Source: Gnetum montanum (taxonomy: Eukaryota; Plantae; Gnetophyta). Taken from it: 64,000 bases of DNA. This document shows positions 41,451 to 53,759 of this stretch, piece by piece (the first letter of the stretch is position 1; every line of letters begins with the position of its first letter). A model generated the notes under the pieces. It had not been told where the DNA came from. It searched no databases and saw nothing but the letters and a program-made list of their open reading frames with translations. The DNA is taken from positions 469,648 to 533,647 of the forward strand of contig MNCI01002249.1 of NCBI GenBank assembly GCA_015680685.1, given 5' to 3'. The position numbers were made by a program, and so were the translations under genes.

Positions 41451-43159
41451 TCTTCTAAGATGGAAAGACCATCTTTTCCAATGGGATATATACCCTTAGA
41501 TGATCAGAATTTGATTACCATGAAGATTACATGGGATAATAATTGAAAAGCTAAATCACTAAGGATTATAAATGAGAAACCTAGAGTGTATGGTCTAGGG
41601 GATTTAGGATCCATTTTCTAACACTTGTTCATGAGTTTAGTTATGGGGGATATGCCCTATCCTAACTTAGGAATTGATAAGTGCTTTTTAACTTTGTTGT
41701 TTTACAATTTTATGGTTTATAATGTTTTGTGACACTTTTCAAATTTCTTATCAATTTTTCATATTCTTTGATATTTTTCAAATTCTTCCTCTATTTTACC
41801 ATTTTCTATGATTTTCATTACCCATTTTGTACATATTTTTGTTGATTCTTCCAATAAAATACAAAGAATAAAGTAAGATGTAATTCCAATAAGGTGAAGA
41901 TTGCCCTATATTGTTAGATCATGAAGGACTAATTACATATACAGTGAAACCACATCATCCCTCCACTCACTTCCAATCATAAGAGGTTCTTACCATGGAT
42001 ATAATGATGTTCTTTTCATAATAAAACTAAAAATAAACTCATGATTATTATGACCAGATAGAAGAGTGAAGAACCAAGTGGGAATGAAAAAGGTGTGACA
42101 TCAAGGAGACTTGTGGATTCTTTGAGACTACTAGTATGACTTTTGACATGTTGTTAAGGGTGTATTATTTTATTTAGTTGTAATGAAAAGTGGAAGTAAG
42201 AGTATAATAAGTGTTGCCTTATCATGTCACAGGAAAGACATGTTACCCATGAATGAAGGTAGTTTTCTCATAAGGTTAATATAATAAAAATAAAATAACA
42301 ACAAAATAAAAATTCTTGGGGCTTCCACCGAAAAGACATGTTACCCATGGTTGAAGGTAGGTGGATTCTTGAAAATATAAGAAAAAATAAAAAAGTGTGC
42401 TATTAATAAATTCCTTCCTTGAACTACATTACCAAGTAGTAATACTCATTGCAATAGTGGTACTCTTATGGTTGTTAGTCCTAGGGATGATGCAATGTGA
42501 TGTCACTCAAAAGTGGTTTGGATTTGGTTTGAATCTTGGATAGAAAGCCTAATGATTAATTTAACCATGCACTGCACACAAGGATTCATTATGCCTATTG
42601 TAAGACATCTCACATCCTAATTTTTGCAATTCCTTCTACATTCCATTTTACCTCATTGGTATATTTAATCATAACTTTATGATTTTATATAATATAATGT
42701 TATTTTCCCAATTTGGTGATATTAACATGTGTGTTTTGCTAGGTAGGTATGTCTTACATTTAACTCCTTTAGTACCTACAGACACTTTCAAGCATGGTTA
42801 TACAAGGTCCCTAAGAGCTAACGCCTACTTTGGGGAGGATCTACTTATATAACTCTTGTATCTCAGACTTGATGAGTAATTCCACATCATCTTGTGCTTT
42901 CCAAACATGTTAATACTCAAAGAACACTTCCCACAAAATTTTATAATCCATCCATATACTAAGAATCTTCATTCCATCTCATATAAACTTAATAAACTTT
43001 TATTGCTTGAGATTCCTTCCTTATGACTTTTAAACATCAAATTCATGAATTTTAAGCATCATTTATGATCCATGACCCTTTAGATAGTTTCTGTGCCTTC
43101 CAAATCATCTAATTGACTCATTTTTCATCAAAAATTGTTAAAAATTGAAAATTTTCAAG

Positions 43160-43240
43160 GGTGACATTGTAGTTATGATGTTGTATGACCTACGACATTG
43201 AAGCTGTGATGTCATGTACATAAAAATAATATAAATAGGT
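43160..43240 (+). promoter_or_regulatory. Putative internal promoter of the extra ORF (motif array plus TATAAATA at 43230)
   Basis: Several decayed CTACGAYRTCG copies precede the TATA box. The same layout occurs at 26660-26690 (B) and 13750-13845 (A, minus). Confidence 0.55.
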
Positions 43241-46200
43241 GAGGGAGTTAGAAAAATTTTTCATTCTGCCATTTCAAAGAAAGAGGATTTTTTTTCTATT
43301 TTTCTAAAAGCAAGCAAACTTCTTGATGTCATAAATTTCTCATTGTAAGTTCTATTTTAAAAATTATTGAACCTTGTTGATCCTGAAGTACTCAACATAG
43401 TCATGGGGGAGTTTATTGCATGTAACTAGGAAAAAGTAAGCCAAAATTTACTAACACCTGAAAGATAATATAAAGGTAAGTATAAAGATACAACTAAGAA
43501 TATCATAAATAACCAATGAAATTTAAGCCAAAGAACTTAACTAAGCCTTCCAACTAACCATATCAATAATTTAATGACACAATAAACTAGAAAATGATAA
43601 CTATAGATGGTCATAACAATTATAGATATAACACTTAGGGGTTTCTTTTTGAAATTGATGAGCAGCAAGGTACCCTTACGCCCAACCATACAAATCATAG
43701 GCGTTCATGTGTGATCTGGTCAAATTCCATAGACTATAATTACTAAGTACGCTAGAGCTAAATAGTGCATGTGTGTTGTCTATTTGTTGTCTTCCCAGTC
43801 CCACTTATGGAATGCAATTATATGGTTAAGTGTGACCGAGGCATAAGATTTTTGTTATTTTGTGTTTTTGTGAAATTACTTGTCTAGAACAAAGATGAAA
43901 GTAAGAGTGATTAATTACTAAGTAAACTATTGTCTAATCTAGCCTAGCATAAGTAACCATTCCCACTTCCTAGACACATCTTGAACTTTATGTGAACACT
44001 GCTGGGTTTTCAAACGCTAATCATTTCTGAGCTACCAAGTGTCACATGTATGTTCAAAGGGGTTGTGCTTGTGTATTTTAGTGATTTTCTTAATTGATCA
44101 AAATTAACTACTTTATTAATGACATTAATGTAAATTTCATGAAATCATAATATACAAATGCATAAGAAAAAAAGTCTCAAGTGCTGCAAGGAATGGATCA
44201 AAGAGTTCATCTTTATTGCCAACACACTGATGTGTTCAGGTACATCAACGCTTGAATAAAGATCCATTCACACTTAGACCTCCTACTACTAGCACTTGGA
44301 AAATATTCTAACCTTCAAATGGATAAATTGCAAGAGTTTCGCTACTTGACTGCCAAAAACTTACTTCCAATTATGCGCCTAGGCACTATATTTATAGACC
44401 CGGGAGTAACCCTTCGATATCGAATTTATGATATCACATCTTGGGCTACGATATTACATATTTGATATCGTGTACCCAATATCGTGGCCACCCCGATATT
44501 GGAGCATATGAAAAACATGATTTATCATACCCCCACGATTGAATGAACAGTCATCCTTGAGTACAGAAGAAGAAGAACAAGTCCTTTACAAAATATATTA
44601 GGGGGTGTGGACTTATTTTACTGACATGTAGAGTGACACAGAGAAAATAGAAAAATATAGAAGTTCCCAAGCATACAATATTATAATTATGTACAAAATT
44701 AGTGTTCATGACAATAGGAAAGAACACCAATGGATCCAAAGCACATCCAACCCCTCTTGGCAACAAAAGAATAAGGGAGAGGTAGAAGAGATCTAGCAGT
44801 TATGAACAATCTCTCGCAAGTGATATAGTTGCATCCTCCTTGATGACGACAATCCCACTTCCAATCCATGCTTCCCACTGCAATCACAACAAACCAAGGA
44901 TTAGTGTATATAGTGTAATAGATAATGGTTGAATACCTTGTCTTGTCAGTGATTTTATCTAGCTGAGTTATGATTGTGATAGATTGGTTGCTTGATATTG
45001 TTAATGGTAAGACCGACGAATGGGTTAAGTAAGAGAAGCAATCCATAAAATTCAAAAAATCTTAACACAAGGAATACTGGAAAGAGGGTATTCACAACAA
45101 CAAAAAAGAGTTCATTACAAATAGTTATGAAGGTATGTACAATTGGATGCCATGGATGGGGTAAATAAAAAGAATTTGATTGTAACAATGTTTAAGGGTA
45201 AAGAACTTAACTTAACCAAACTAAACGATATGCAAGTGGGTCCTCCCAAAAGCAAGCACAAGCCTTTTATGCCCTTGCATAAATTCAAACCAAGGATTTC
45301 ATGGGCACCGTGGATGATTAATGGTTACAAAAAGGTAAGTACAAAATCCCAAAGGTAACTGACTAAGAAACTAGACATATCAAACTAGAACATTGAATCA
45401 AAACATGAAACTGGTAGTGAGGTGAGGCATGATAAGCATAGATGGATGATAGAGAGAATGGAATGAAGTTCCTAATTATGGTCACATGCAGTCCCTTGTG
45501 GAGTTCGTGATTAAATGACTTGGTACGATCCATGCTCAGTCCAGATCAAAACCAACCACTTTCAGTGACTTCACATCAACATTCTAAGGCTAGTTCATCC
45601 CCTGAGATACAAGAATGATCCCACAAAACAACCACTGTTCCAAATTGGAGTGAATGTAGGAATTCAGAAAGGGCCTTAGTTAGAGGAGACAAGACAAGTC
45701 TCATAACTAGTGCTTGTAGTCCTTTTATTTGGTCTAAGTGGTGTGTTTGAATTTCCATGTTTTTTTAATGGGAACCACACCATGCAAAGACCCATGAATT
45801 TTTCACATTTATTTTGTCCAAGGGATGTGATTTGAATCCTCATATTTTTTTTTTGTAATTAGGACCATGCCATGCAAGGACTTATTTGACTTCCTATTGT
45901 GAAATGATGTGGAATGGTGAGAAGCTTACAAGAACACTCTTGCACATAGGAAAGTAGAAAAGCACAAAAAAATAAGGCATCCCTTTGAAGCCAAAACTTG
46001 TCCAAATCTTTGATTCTTTTCCAATTCTAGAAACTACACAAGTCACCAATTTATTAAAGTTGCATTTATGAAGAAGAGATTGCACGTTTCCAAAACAAGG
46101 AAAACTATAGGGTATGTGGATGGGTGGATGATGTGGACTCACTACCTATTGTGTGAAAAGAAACCATGTCCCAATTGTCAGTGCCAATATTCAAAGTTAG

Positions 46201-46589
46201 AAACCAGACACCAACAATCAAATTACAAATGAAGCATACCACCATCAAGTAGCACATTACCATTGTACCTACCACCTTATTAGCAGAAAAAGTAGAGAAA
46301 TACATCAAACACAAGCAAACATAACCATAAAATAAAGTGAAAGAGTAAACAATAAATATTGAATATATTAATAATAGTGTAAAACAAAAACTAAGAGAAG
46401 ACCAATAACCTTAAAAATACAAATATATAAAACAAAAATGTAAAACAAAGAAGGTGAAAAAGAAAAGTTGTAAAATAGAAAATGTGTAAAACAAAAAAGT
46501 AAAAAATTGAGGAACCCCCTAAGGTGTTAGTATGGGTGACCAACTCCCCCATGACTGAGTTGGAACGGAGAGATCTAAAAGATTGAGTG

Positions 46590-49500
46590 TGGTTGTTCAT
46601 CTAAAAAGGTGTTCGTTGCATTGGTTGGCCTGGGCTCATGGAAAGGTTTTATTTGTTAAATGTTGACTAGTTATTTCTTGTCTAGGCTATCAAGTTTGTA
46701 GATGATCATGGCCCCAGATGGAAAAGTCTCATCAATAATGTAAGGTCCTTCTCACAATGTTTGAAATTTGGTTTGTTGGGATACATGTGCGGGATTCCAA
46801 TAGAGAACCTTGTCTCCTAGTTCAAACTTGACATTTCTTATTTTGAGGTCATGGCATTTCTTGTTGAATGTCTTATGCATTTTTTTGGACAACAGGGCCA
46901 TTAACCGATTTTCATCTAGCAATTTAAGACTCACTAACCATTCTTTCTATGCTAGACTTAGATTTAGGTCAAGGTCATAGGTTGTAGAGAGTGTATGGAG
47001 TTTTGATTGAATGGGTAATGTTGGTAATTTTTCGTACATGAGCTCATAGGGAGAGTAACCTATGGGAAGCTTCCATGTGGAGCGATAGGCCCAAAGGGCA
47101 TCATTTAATTTAGTGCTCCAATCCTTTTGGTACTTGCTAATGGTACATGTTAAAATTTTTGTAATCTCCCAAGTAGTAACCTCAGCTTGACCATTGGCTT
47201 GGGGGTGATATGGAGTTGTGAGTTTATGCTCAACCCCCAAGTGTTGCATTAGTTTCTAGAAAGTGGCACCTGTAAAATGAGTTCCATTGTTAGAAATTAA
47301 TGCATGAGGTACACCAAACCTGTTTACAATGTTTTGTTATACAAACCAAGTAGTAGTAGTGGATGTATAATCGGTGATGGCTACTACTTCTACCCACTTG
47401 GTATAATAGTCAACTGCGACTATTATATATGCCTTTCCATTTGATAAAGGTGCGATGGGACCCATAAAGTTAATGTCCCAAATATTGAATGGCTCAAGAG
47501 GTTGTATCCATTATTGTGGTTCCTCCATTCGAGTTGTCATTCCACCATCCCTCTGGTAATGATCACAAGCGTAGAAGAATTGATGTGCATCCCTAAAGAT
47601 TGTTGACCAATAATAGCCTGCCATGAGGATTTTTATGTCCATGCATCTCCCAACATAATGGCCCCCACAAGGACCTTTGTGAGCATCCCAGAGAATGTGT
47701 AGTTGATTCGTATTAGGGACACACCAATGTACGAGGTCATTGGGATAAACTTTGTAAAAGTTTCCATTAATCTCCATGAAATGCTTGATCGGGTGAAGGA
47801 ACTATTGTTTCTTTCTAGTGTCCAGCCCTTATGCCAGTTCTTGCTTGAGCAAATAAGTGAGGATGGTGTCATACCATTTTGATTCATTGGGCATTTGTGC
47901 ATTAATAGCACCTGCAAGGAGAGATTCATTAGGAAATTGATAAGATAAAGAGCTATCTTTCTCCTTGTCATTCCATCTTAGTTATGATAAGTGATCTATG
48001 ACCACATTCTCCACACCTTTATGATCTACCATTGTGAGATCAAATTCCTACAAAATCACAAGCCATCGTATAACACAGGGGCTCACCATTGGTTTTTTCA
48101 TTAAAAATTTGATGGTGCTATGANNNNNNNNNNNNNNNNNNNNNNNNNNNNNNNNNNNNNNNNNNNNAAGACTATGCCTTCCTAGACCATAAGATGTCTC
48201 TTTTGCCAATTGAGCTGGAGGTTTGTTTCGACACATCTCTTCAATACCTGCTAAATACGTTCTAGGGCTTTCTCAAACATAGCTCCATAAGTAGAAAATT
48301 CATCCATAAAAACTTCTACCCTGCTACCAATATATTGTTGGAAAATGCTAAGAACTAATTATTGAAATATGGCTGAGGCATTACATAGATCAAATGGCAT
48401 CTGACGGTAAGCAAAAGTCCTTGAAGGACTTATGAACATTGTCTTTTCTTGGTCCTCTTGTGTAATTTTTATTTTGTTATAACCACTATAACCATCCAAG
48501 AAGCTGTAATAACAATTCCTAAAAATGGTGTCAAGCACTTGGTCGACAAAAGGTAATGAAAAATGATCCTTGAAAGTTGCCATGTTGAGCAGCTGAAAAT
48601 CAATGCACACCTACCATTTACCTCCTTTATTTGGTACAATCATGAGTGAACTAACCCACTCACTTACGGTGATAGGGTAGATGAGTTTTACCTTAAGGAT
48701 TTGTTCAATCTTCTCTTTGACAGTTTGCTTTAATTTGGGATTCAAACACCGTTGCAGTTGTTGTTTTGGCTTAACAGTAGGATCAATGTATATCCAGTGC
48801 CGGCATATTCTTTGATCTATCTTAGTGAGTTTAGAATATGACTAGGCAAAGTTTTCTAACCATTTTTCCACAACTTTTATTTACCTTTTCTTCTATTCTA
48901 TAGCAAGCTTGGCATTAATGATAACTGACTTTTCATTTTTCAAGAATACGTACTCTATTCTAGTTGGTAGTGTCTCCAATTCAAGGGACTCTTGCTTAAA
49001 ATTGTTAGGAATTTCCAGCTCACCCCAACTGACATCATCATTTGCTCCTTCAGAGAGATGGTAATGAACTTTCTTGAATTCATCCATACTTGCAACCTAT
49101 TCGTACATTAGGCCCTCAGTAGGTTCCATGCATAATGTGTTGCTACTAGCATCAACTGTCAACCACTAGGTGCCTTTTTGTTTTGTGGCTACTCCGTATA
49201 GACATCTCTAGATCTCAGCCTTTGGTGCACACTTCTTGCATGTAGAAATAGATGTTTGCTTTATTGACCATAGCTTCTACACACAATGGCACCCTGAATT
49301 GCTATACACAATACATGGAACTCTCTTCTTCTCAATCTTTCCAAATTCATTCTCTTTTGATATTTCCAAGGAAATATCTCTAATGTCCATTTTGGCATCA
49401 ACAGTACTTAACCACACCCTTCCCATAATGATTGGAAAGTCCCCCTTGCAGTTCTTCACTTTAATTACTAAGAATCAGTGGGATACGACCACCCACAAAT

Positions 49501-52500
49501 GGTGATGATGATGTCCTCAACTAGTCCTAATGGAATAGTGATGGATTGGTTTGCTAGTTCTAGCTGGATGTTGTTCTTCTTCAAAAGAGGAAGGTTCCAC
49601 ATTGTGTACATCTCATGTAAGATCAAATTAACATCAGAACTAGAGTCAAGAAGAACTTTACAAGTATCATTCCTAGCAATTTGCAAGTAAACCAGGGGAT
49701 TCCCAAGATTAGCTAATTTCTTGGGTAGGTTACAAGCTTGAATCTAATCAGATACAGCATGTGTAGCATTACAGTATGGATTTGAGAAGGATTTTGGTTT
49801 GAAGGGGACTCAGATAAAGAGGAAGTAGAGGAAGGTGGAGGATTAGGATTACCAACCATCAATGTGTCTAAGGACTTTGGTGGACTATGAGGTCGAAATA
49901 AAGATCTTTTCTTTGTTCGTGGTTTCAACCTGCTAGATGGATTAACCAATTTTCAGTTAACTACCCTTGTAGCATTCCTTTGCTATGGTTGTGTAGGCAA
50001 TTCACCCTACATGGATGAAGCAGGTGGTAGCTATGCACAAGGTGGAGGAGTAGGTGTAGGAATAGGAGGTGCATGAGGGTAGTAGGTGGCATCCCTTCTT
50101 GGATAAGGTGATTGGTATACTTCAAAAGGGTAGTGGTGAGGTTGGTAAGCAGCAACATGACTGGAGGAGTCCCTTGGAGATGAAGGTTGCTAAACATAGT
50201 ACCTATAGGGATCTAGTTTTTGGCAAGGGTACTATTTCCTTGGAGGTGGCAACGCCCATGATTGTGGTTGCTACCACTACTGGTACAATTCATAAGGTTG
50301 TTGATGAGACGTGATATGCACAAGCCGCGATATCGTGGTCTNGGCAGACCACGATATCGCGGCTTGTGCATATCACGTCTCATCAACAACCTTATGAATT
50401 GTACCAGTAGTGGTAGCAACCACAATCATGGGCGTTGCCACCTCCAAGGAAATAGTACCCTTGCCAAAAACTAGATCCCTATAGGTACTATGTTTAGCAA
50501 CCTTCATCTCCAAGGGACTCCTCCAGTCATGTTGCTGCTTACCAACCTCACCACTACCCTTTTGAAGTATACCAATCACCTTATCCAAGAAGGGATGCCA
50601 CCTACTACCCTCATGCACCTCCTATTCCTACACCTACTCCTCCACCTNNNNNNNNNNNNNNNNNNNNNNNNNNNNNNNNNNNNNNNNNNNNNNNNNNNNN
50701 NNNNNNNNNNNNNNNNNNNNNNNNNNNNNNNNNNNNNNNNNNNNNNNNNNNNNNNNNNNNNNNNNNNNNNNNNNNNNNNNNNNNNNNNNNNNNNNNNNNN
50801 NNNNNNNNNNNNNNNNNNNNNNNNNNNNNNNNNNNNNNNNNNNNNNNNNNNNNNNNNNNNNNNNNNNNNNNNNNNNNNNNNNNNNNNNNNNNNNNNNNNN
50901 NNNNNNNNNNNNNNNNNNNNNNNNNNNNNNNNNNNNNNNNNNNNNNNNNNNNNNNNNNNNNNNNNNNNNNNNNNNNNNNNNNNNNNNNNNNNNNNNNNNN
51001 NNNNNNNNNNNNNNNNNNNNNNNNNNNNNNNNNNNNNNNNNNNNNNNNNNNNNNNNNNNNNNNNNNNNNNNNNNNNNNNNNNNNNNNNNNNNNNNNNNNN
51101 NNNNNNNNNNNNNNGACAACGAATGATTAACCCAAAGTGTTCCATGGGGCATTTAGGCATTTAGTCTGTGGAGTTCGACCGGATCGCGTGTGCTACGCTC
51201 ATTTCGTATGGTTGAGTGTAGGGGTACCTCGCCACTCATCAATTGCGGTGGAGTTCCACTTGGATAATACTACTATGGTTGGTGAAATTATCAAGGATTT
51301 CCTTGTGGATAAGGTAATCTTTTGGGCTTTTGCCTTTGTGCAAGTCATGGATGTAAGGCATACACCCTAGATTCCTACAAGTGTGATACAACTGCACAAC
51401 ATCCTTTAAGATGTTCATATTGGTAGATGTCACACTTGCCATCATCATTTAAATTTCTATCTACAGCCATCTCTACCACAGCTATTTTACCTTTACCTTA
51501 GATATGGCACGTTTGGCTTCCTTACGCCTCTAGCACTCACGCTCACCACTTTGCTCCTTGGACTCTATAGCAATTTTTAAAATAGCTTGAAACTTATTAT
51601 CCATGGAGTCCCATAATTGATCAACCTTAGTTGTAATTTCTAATTGCAATTTCTAGAATGGCAAGGTTTTTTGATTAACCAGCTCTTCTCTGGTGAATTC
51701 ATCCTCATTGTTACAAAATTGAACCCCCTTCTTCTAAATAGAAGGGTCTCTATTGTATTTTTCTACACTTTCACGTTTTCTCAGTTCTTCCTCCTCCTTG
51801 GCTACCTACTCAATTGATTTTTGAATCTGATGGACACTTAACTCTGTCAATCTCCCTTGGGCATAGACACTATGGATTTTCTTGGTTTAAGACCACAACT
51901 TGTCTATGATATGGCAAAGTTGATCGAGCTGAGAGTATCCATGGCTAGGATACCTATGTAATAGAGAGTAGCATCAGCCAATAGTAGCATCCAAGGGCTC
52001 ATGATTCCCTTGTTTCCACCCTTGAATTTTTTTTAGATTGGATTCTTAGGAGTATGTTTGATATTTATCATTAAATAATTCCAATGTCGTACTCCATCGC
52101 CTAATTGATTTTGGTTCCAAGGATTGATACGAATTTTTTGCTTCCTTTATGAGTTTTCTTGGAAATAATTTTAGCTTTTTCCATTTATTCTAAATATTCT
52201 GCAAGGCACATGCATCTTGGAAGGCCTGGAGATGATTTTGTGGATTAGCATCATATCCTCCCTCAAACCGAGGGATGTTGTTCATATGCAACCTCTTTAT
52301 TCTATTATCCTTCACATGCCTTATTGGAATCCTTACAACCTCTACAATATTCAACATGCCCTGAGTTGCAAGTAAAGGTTCATCAAGGCTATGATGGTGG
52401 TGTCTACAATGTTCTCTACTAGCCCTTCTTTCTTGATGGTGGACCTCTCTAGATTGCCCATGTCTTCGGTCATGATTATCCTAATGGTCCCTTCTATTGT

Positions 52501-53157
52501 TCTGGTCTCGTTGATTACTTCCATCATGATTATTTCTTCTACGGCCATGATCGAAACTAGATGAAGAAGAAGATGACAACAATGAAGGGGAAGAAGAAGG
52601 GGAACTTGCTTTGCATTGATGCCTATCACCCTTCGATTCTCATGACCACGATCACAATCATGATCTCCTTTATCTTCCTTTTATTAACTTGCTTCTCTAG
52701 ATCCATATTTATCATTGGATCCATTTTAACGAAAACTTGGATTATGAATTGTGGATTGTACATTCTGGTTGAGGGTTCCTTGAACAAAGTCAAAGAGAGG
52801 AGAATCACCAAAGAAGTGGTCACCTTCATTAATTGGGCCAAGTGGAGGTGGAAAAATATTTGACCCCTTACCCTTTATGAGCTTGTGTTGGTGCTCTAGT
52901 TGACGATCCCTTAATATTTGTACTTTAGTGGGATGGTAATCTCTCAAGTCAAGATCTTGCATCTCGTACTCTCCATGAAGATGTTGGAGCTAGTGTCATG
53001 CTAGCATTAGCTAGAGCATTGCTAGAATAGATTGGTTAGGTGGCAATACAATGTTGCCTTCCATATCACACCATAGCATCAGTTCATCTTGATGTAAGAT
53101 GAAGGTAAAGTCTGGTACATACTCAATCAGGATGAGCATATACCACTTGGTATTAAA
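46590..53157 (-). pseudogene. Element F gag-pol pseudogene
   Basis: Integrase HKLTTPYHPQANGQAE and AHKGPCGGHY, RT CIDFQLLN..TFKDHFSLPFVDQVL / FLDGYSGY / EVFMDEF, protease VLLDSSSDVNLI. RNase H is mostly in an N gap. Confidence 0.92.
50302..51241 (+). mobile_element. Element J: young CpG-rich LTR insertion in F's gag, mostly unassembled
   Basis: Start TGATGAGACG (50302), end GCCACTCATCA (51241), flanks GTTGT/ATTGC. The interior is an N gap plus an inverted artefact. Confidence 0.75.
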
Positions 53158-53759
53158 AAGTCACACATATGTTCGAAGGGGTCGTGATTGTGTATTTTAA
53201 TGATTTGCATGATTGATCAAAGTTAACTACTGTATTAATGACATTAATGAAAATTACATGAAATCACAATATATAAATGCATAAGAAAGAAAGTCTCAAG
53301 TGTTGCAAGGAATGGATCAAAGAGTTTGTCTTTATTGCCAACACACTGGTGTGTTCAGGTACGTCAATGCTTGAATAAAGATCCATTCAAACTTAGACCT
53401 CTTGTTTCAGGCACTTGGAAAATATTCTAACTTTAAAATGGATAAATTGCAAGAGTTTTGCTACTTGACTGCCAAAAAATTACTCCCAATTGTGTGCCTG
53501 GGCACTGTATTTATAGACCTGGGGGCAACCCTGTGATATTGAATGTATGATATCGCATCTTGGGCTACGAGATCGCGTACCAAATATCGTGGCCACCCCA
53601 ATATTAGAGCATATGAAAACCATGATTTATCAAAAAAAATTCTAACTTTGCAATTATGATAAGATAAGAACATAATCAGACCAATAGCACAAGAAGGATT
53701 ATGAACCATAAAGAACTAATTTAAACACATTAATAATGTCAAACTCTTATTGATTGTAG

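Larger units (their letters stand above)
43656..53632 (-). mobile_element. Element F: Athila-like element nested antisense in E; 5' LTR/PBS partly deleted
   Basis: 3' LTR 43656-44527, PPT 44528-44540, 5' LTR remnant ~53158-53632. Imperfect TSD (GAAAT versus an A-run). E's spacer resumes at ~53640. Confidence 0.88.

Noticed and set aside
50040-50647. Perfect 302-bp inverted repeat (arms 50040-50341 and 50346-50647) with mirrored ORFs
   Set aside because: The arms are identical in otherwise heavily decayed DNA, centred on an N and abutting a gap. This is most likely a scaffolding artefact at the edge of repeat J.
50490-51164. Long ORFs in the track (224, 194, 172 aa)
   Set aside because: They only read through the N gap.
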